From NCBI RefSeq assembly GCF_963921235.1, contig NC_086097.1, forward strand, positions 190,404,001 through 190,468,000: DNA of 64,000 nt, written 5' to 3'. The position numbers were made by a program, and so were the translations under genes. The stretch comes from Mobula hypostoma. Its lineage: Eukaryota. Under the pieces are notes generated by a model. That model did not search any database. It was not told the origin of the DNA and worked only from the letters and a program-made list of their open reading frames with translations. Position 1 is the stretch's first letter; every line of letters begins with the position of its first letter. Shown here piece by piece: positions 62,801 through 64,000 of the stretch.

Positions 62801-62981
62801 TGTCGGAATGAGTGATGGAGTCCAGGTGCGGGGCCGGTAACCTGGCCTCACCAAGGGAGAAAGACTGGAACGTCTTCGCATCGACCAATGGTCGTTCCTT
62901 CAAATCCACGAGCAGGCAGTGCGTGCGGAGGAAGTCTGCACCTAGCAGTGGCTGTGACACTGCGGCCAGTGTAAATGTTCA
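59883..62981 (-). mobile_element. pol: Gypsy LTR retrotransposon (CsRN1-like): partial pol, PPT and 3' LTR (59883-60137)
   Basis: PR-RT-RH-IN order: QPLLGADFL, PLHMVPK..WRPCGDYRRLN, YLDD, TVDASD, HGLAH..CTHC, HVDIVGP, TSDRG, PWVLLGIRTAPKEDL; G-rich PPT at 60141-60160; LTR TGTGGCG...CGACTACA; frameshifted. Confidence 0.95.
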
Positions 62982-64000
62982 TATTTCACTCTCCCCTCCT
63001 ACCCCTCCTCACAATCCCCAACCTGCTCTCATGACTACACCCCTTCCCCACACGAAACCACCATGGTGGGCTTCACAGCTGAACAGGTGAGAAGACAGTT
63101 GAAACGTCTCAACCCAAGCTAGGCTGCAGACCCGGATGGTGTCAGTACCAGGGTGCTCAAAGCCTGTGCCCCTCAGCTATGTGGAGTACTTCGCCATGTC
63201 TTCAATCTGAGCCTGAGTCTCCGGAGGGTTCCTGTGCTGTGGAAGACGTCCTGCCTCGTCCCTGTACCGAAGACGCCGTGCCCCAGCAGCCTCAATGACT
63301 ACAGACCGGTGGCATTGACCTCCCACATCATGAAGATCCTGGAGAGACTTGTTTCGGAGCTGCTCCGGCCAATGGTTAGGCCACACTTAGATCCCCTCCA
63401 GTTCGCCTACCAGCCCCGACTAGGAGCTGAGGATGCCATCGTCTACCTGCTGAACTGTGTATACGCCCACCTGGACAAGCCAGCGAGCACTGTGAGGGTC
63501 ATGTTTTTAAACCTCTCCAGTGTGTTCAACACCATCCGCCCTGCTCTGCTGGGGGAGAAGCTGACAGCGATGCAGGTGGATGCTTCCCTGGTGTCATGGA
63601 TTCTTGATTACCTGACTGGCAGACCACAGTACGTGTGCTTGAAACACTATGTGTCTGACAGAGTGATCAGCAGCACTGGGGCTCCACTGGGGACTGTCTT
63701 GTCTCCCTTTCTCTTCACCATTTACACCTCAGACTTCAACTACTGCACAGAGTCTTGTCACCTTCAGAAGTTTTCTGATGACTCTGCCATAGTTGGATGC
63801 ATCAGCAAGGGAGATGAGGTTGAGTACAGGGCTACGGTGGGAAACTTTGTCACATGATGTAAGCAGAATTATCTGCAGCTTAACGTGAAAAAGACTAAGG
63901 AGCTGGTGGTAGACCTGAGGAGAGCTAAGGTACCGGTGACCCCTGTTTCCATCCAGGGGGTCAGTGTGGACATGGTGGAGGATTACAAGTACCTCGGGAT
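62982..64000 (+). mobile_element. Rex/Babar LINE, 5'-truncated, inserted in the Gypsy protease; runs off the window
   Basis: DYRPVALTSHIMK, DPLQFAY, GAPLGTVLSP, KFSDDSA; near-identical to 54720-55150 in reverse. Confidence 0.95.

Noticed and set aside
1..64000. Prokaryotic RT systems (retron, DGR, group II intron) suggested by the many RT ORFs
   Set aside because: Every RT is assignable to vertebrate CR1, L2, Rex/Babar, RTE, Gypsy or ERV families; there is no operon structure.

Overview
Eukaryotic, repeat-dominated vertebrate DNA. The repeat mix (several CR1 subfamilies, Rex/Babar, L2, RTE, Penelope-derived fragments, tRNA-derived SINEs, Gypsy) suggests a cartilaginous fish, probably a ray; this is an inference. 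No host gene could be named, only a few low-confidence minus-strand exon candidates. The centrepiece is a complete but defective class I (epsilon-like) endogenous retrovirus at 20757-32419 (+). It has ~600-bp LTRs about 97% identical by hand count, a 4-bp TSD ATAA, a tRNA-Ser primer site, gag-UAG-pro-pol and a gamma-type env. Its Pol carries a 2H-phosphoesterase-like domain (HCT...HIT) between protease and RT, and its leader holds three tandem copies of a covarying RNA stem-loop. The provirus sits inside a solo LTR (TSD CCAG), and a CR1 has inserted into its 3' LTR. Also present: a second three-level nest at 39.6-43.2 kb, decayed minimal hammerhead ribozymes in Penelope fragments, a multi-template repair scar near 3.05 kb, a 36-bp hairpin minisatellite, and a CsRN1-type Gypsy element interrupted by a Rex/Babar LINE at the right edge. 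All alignments were done by eye; boundaries of old repeats are approximate.
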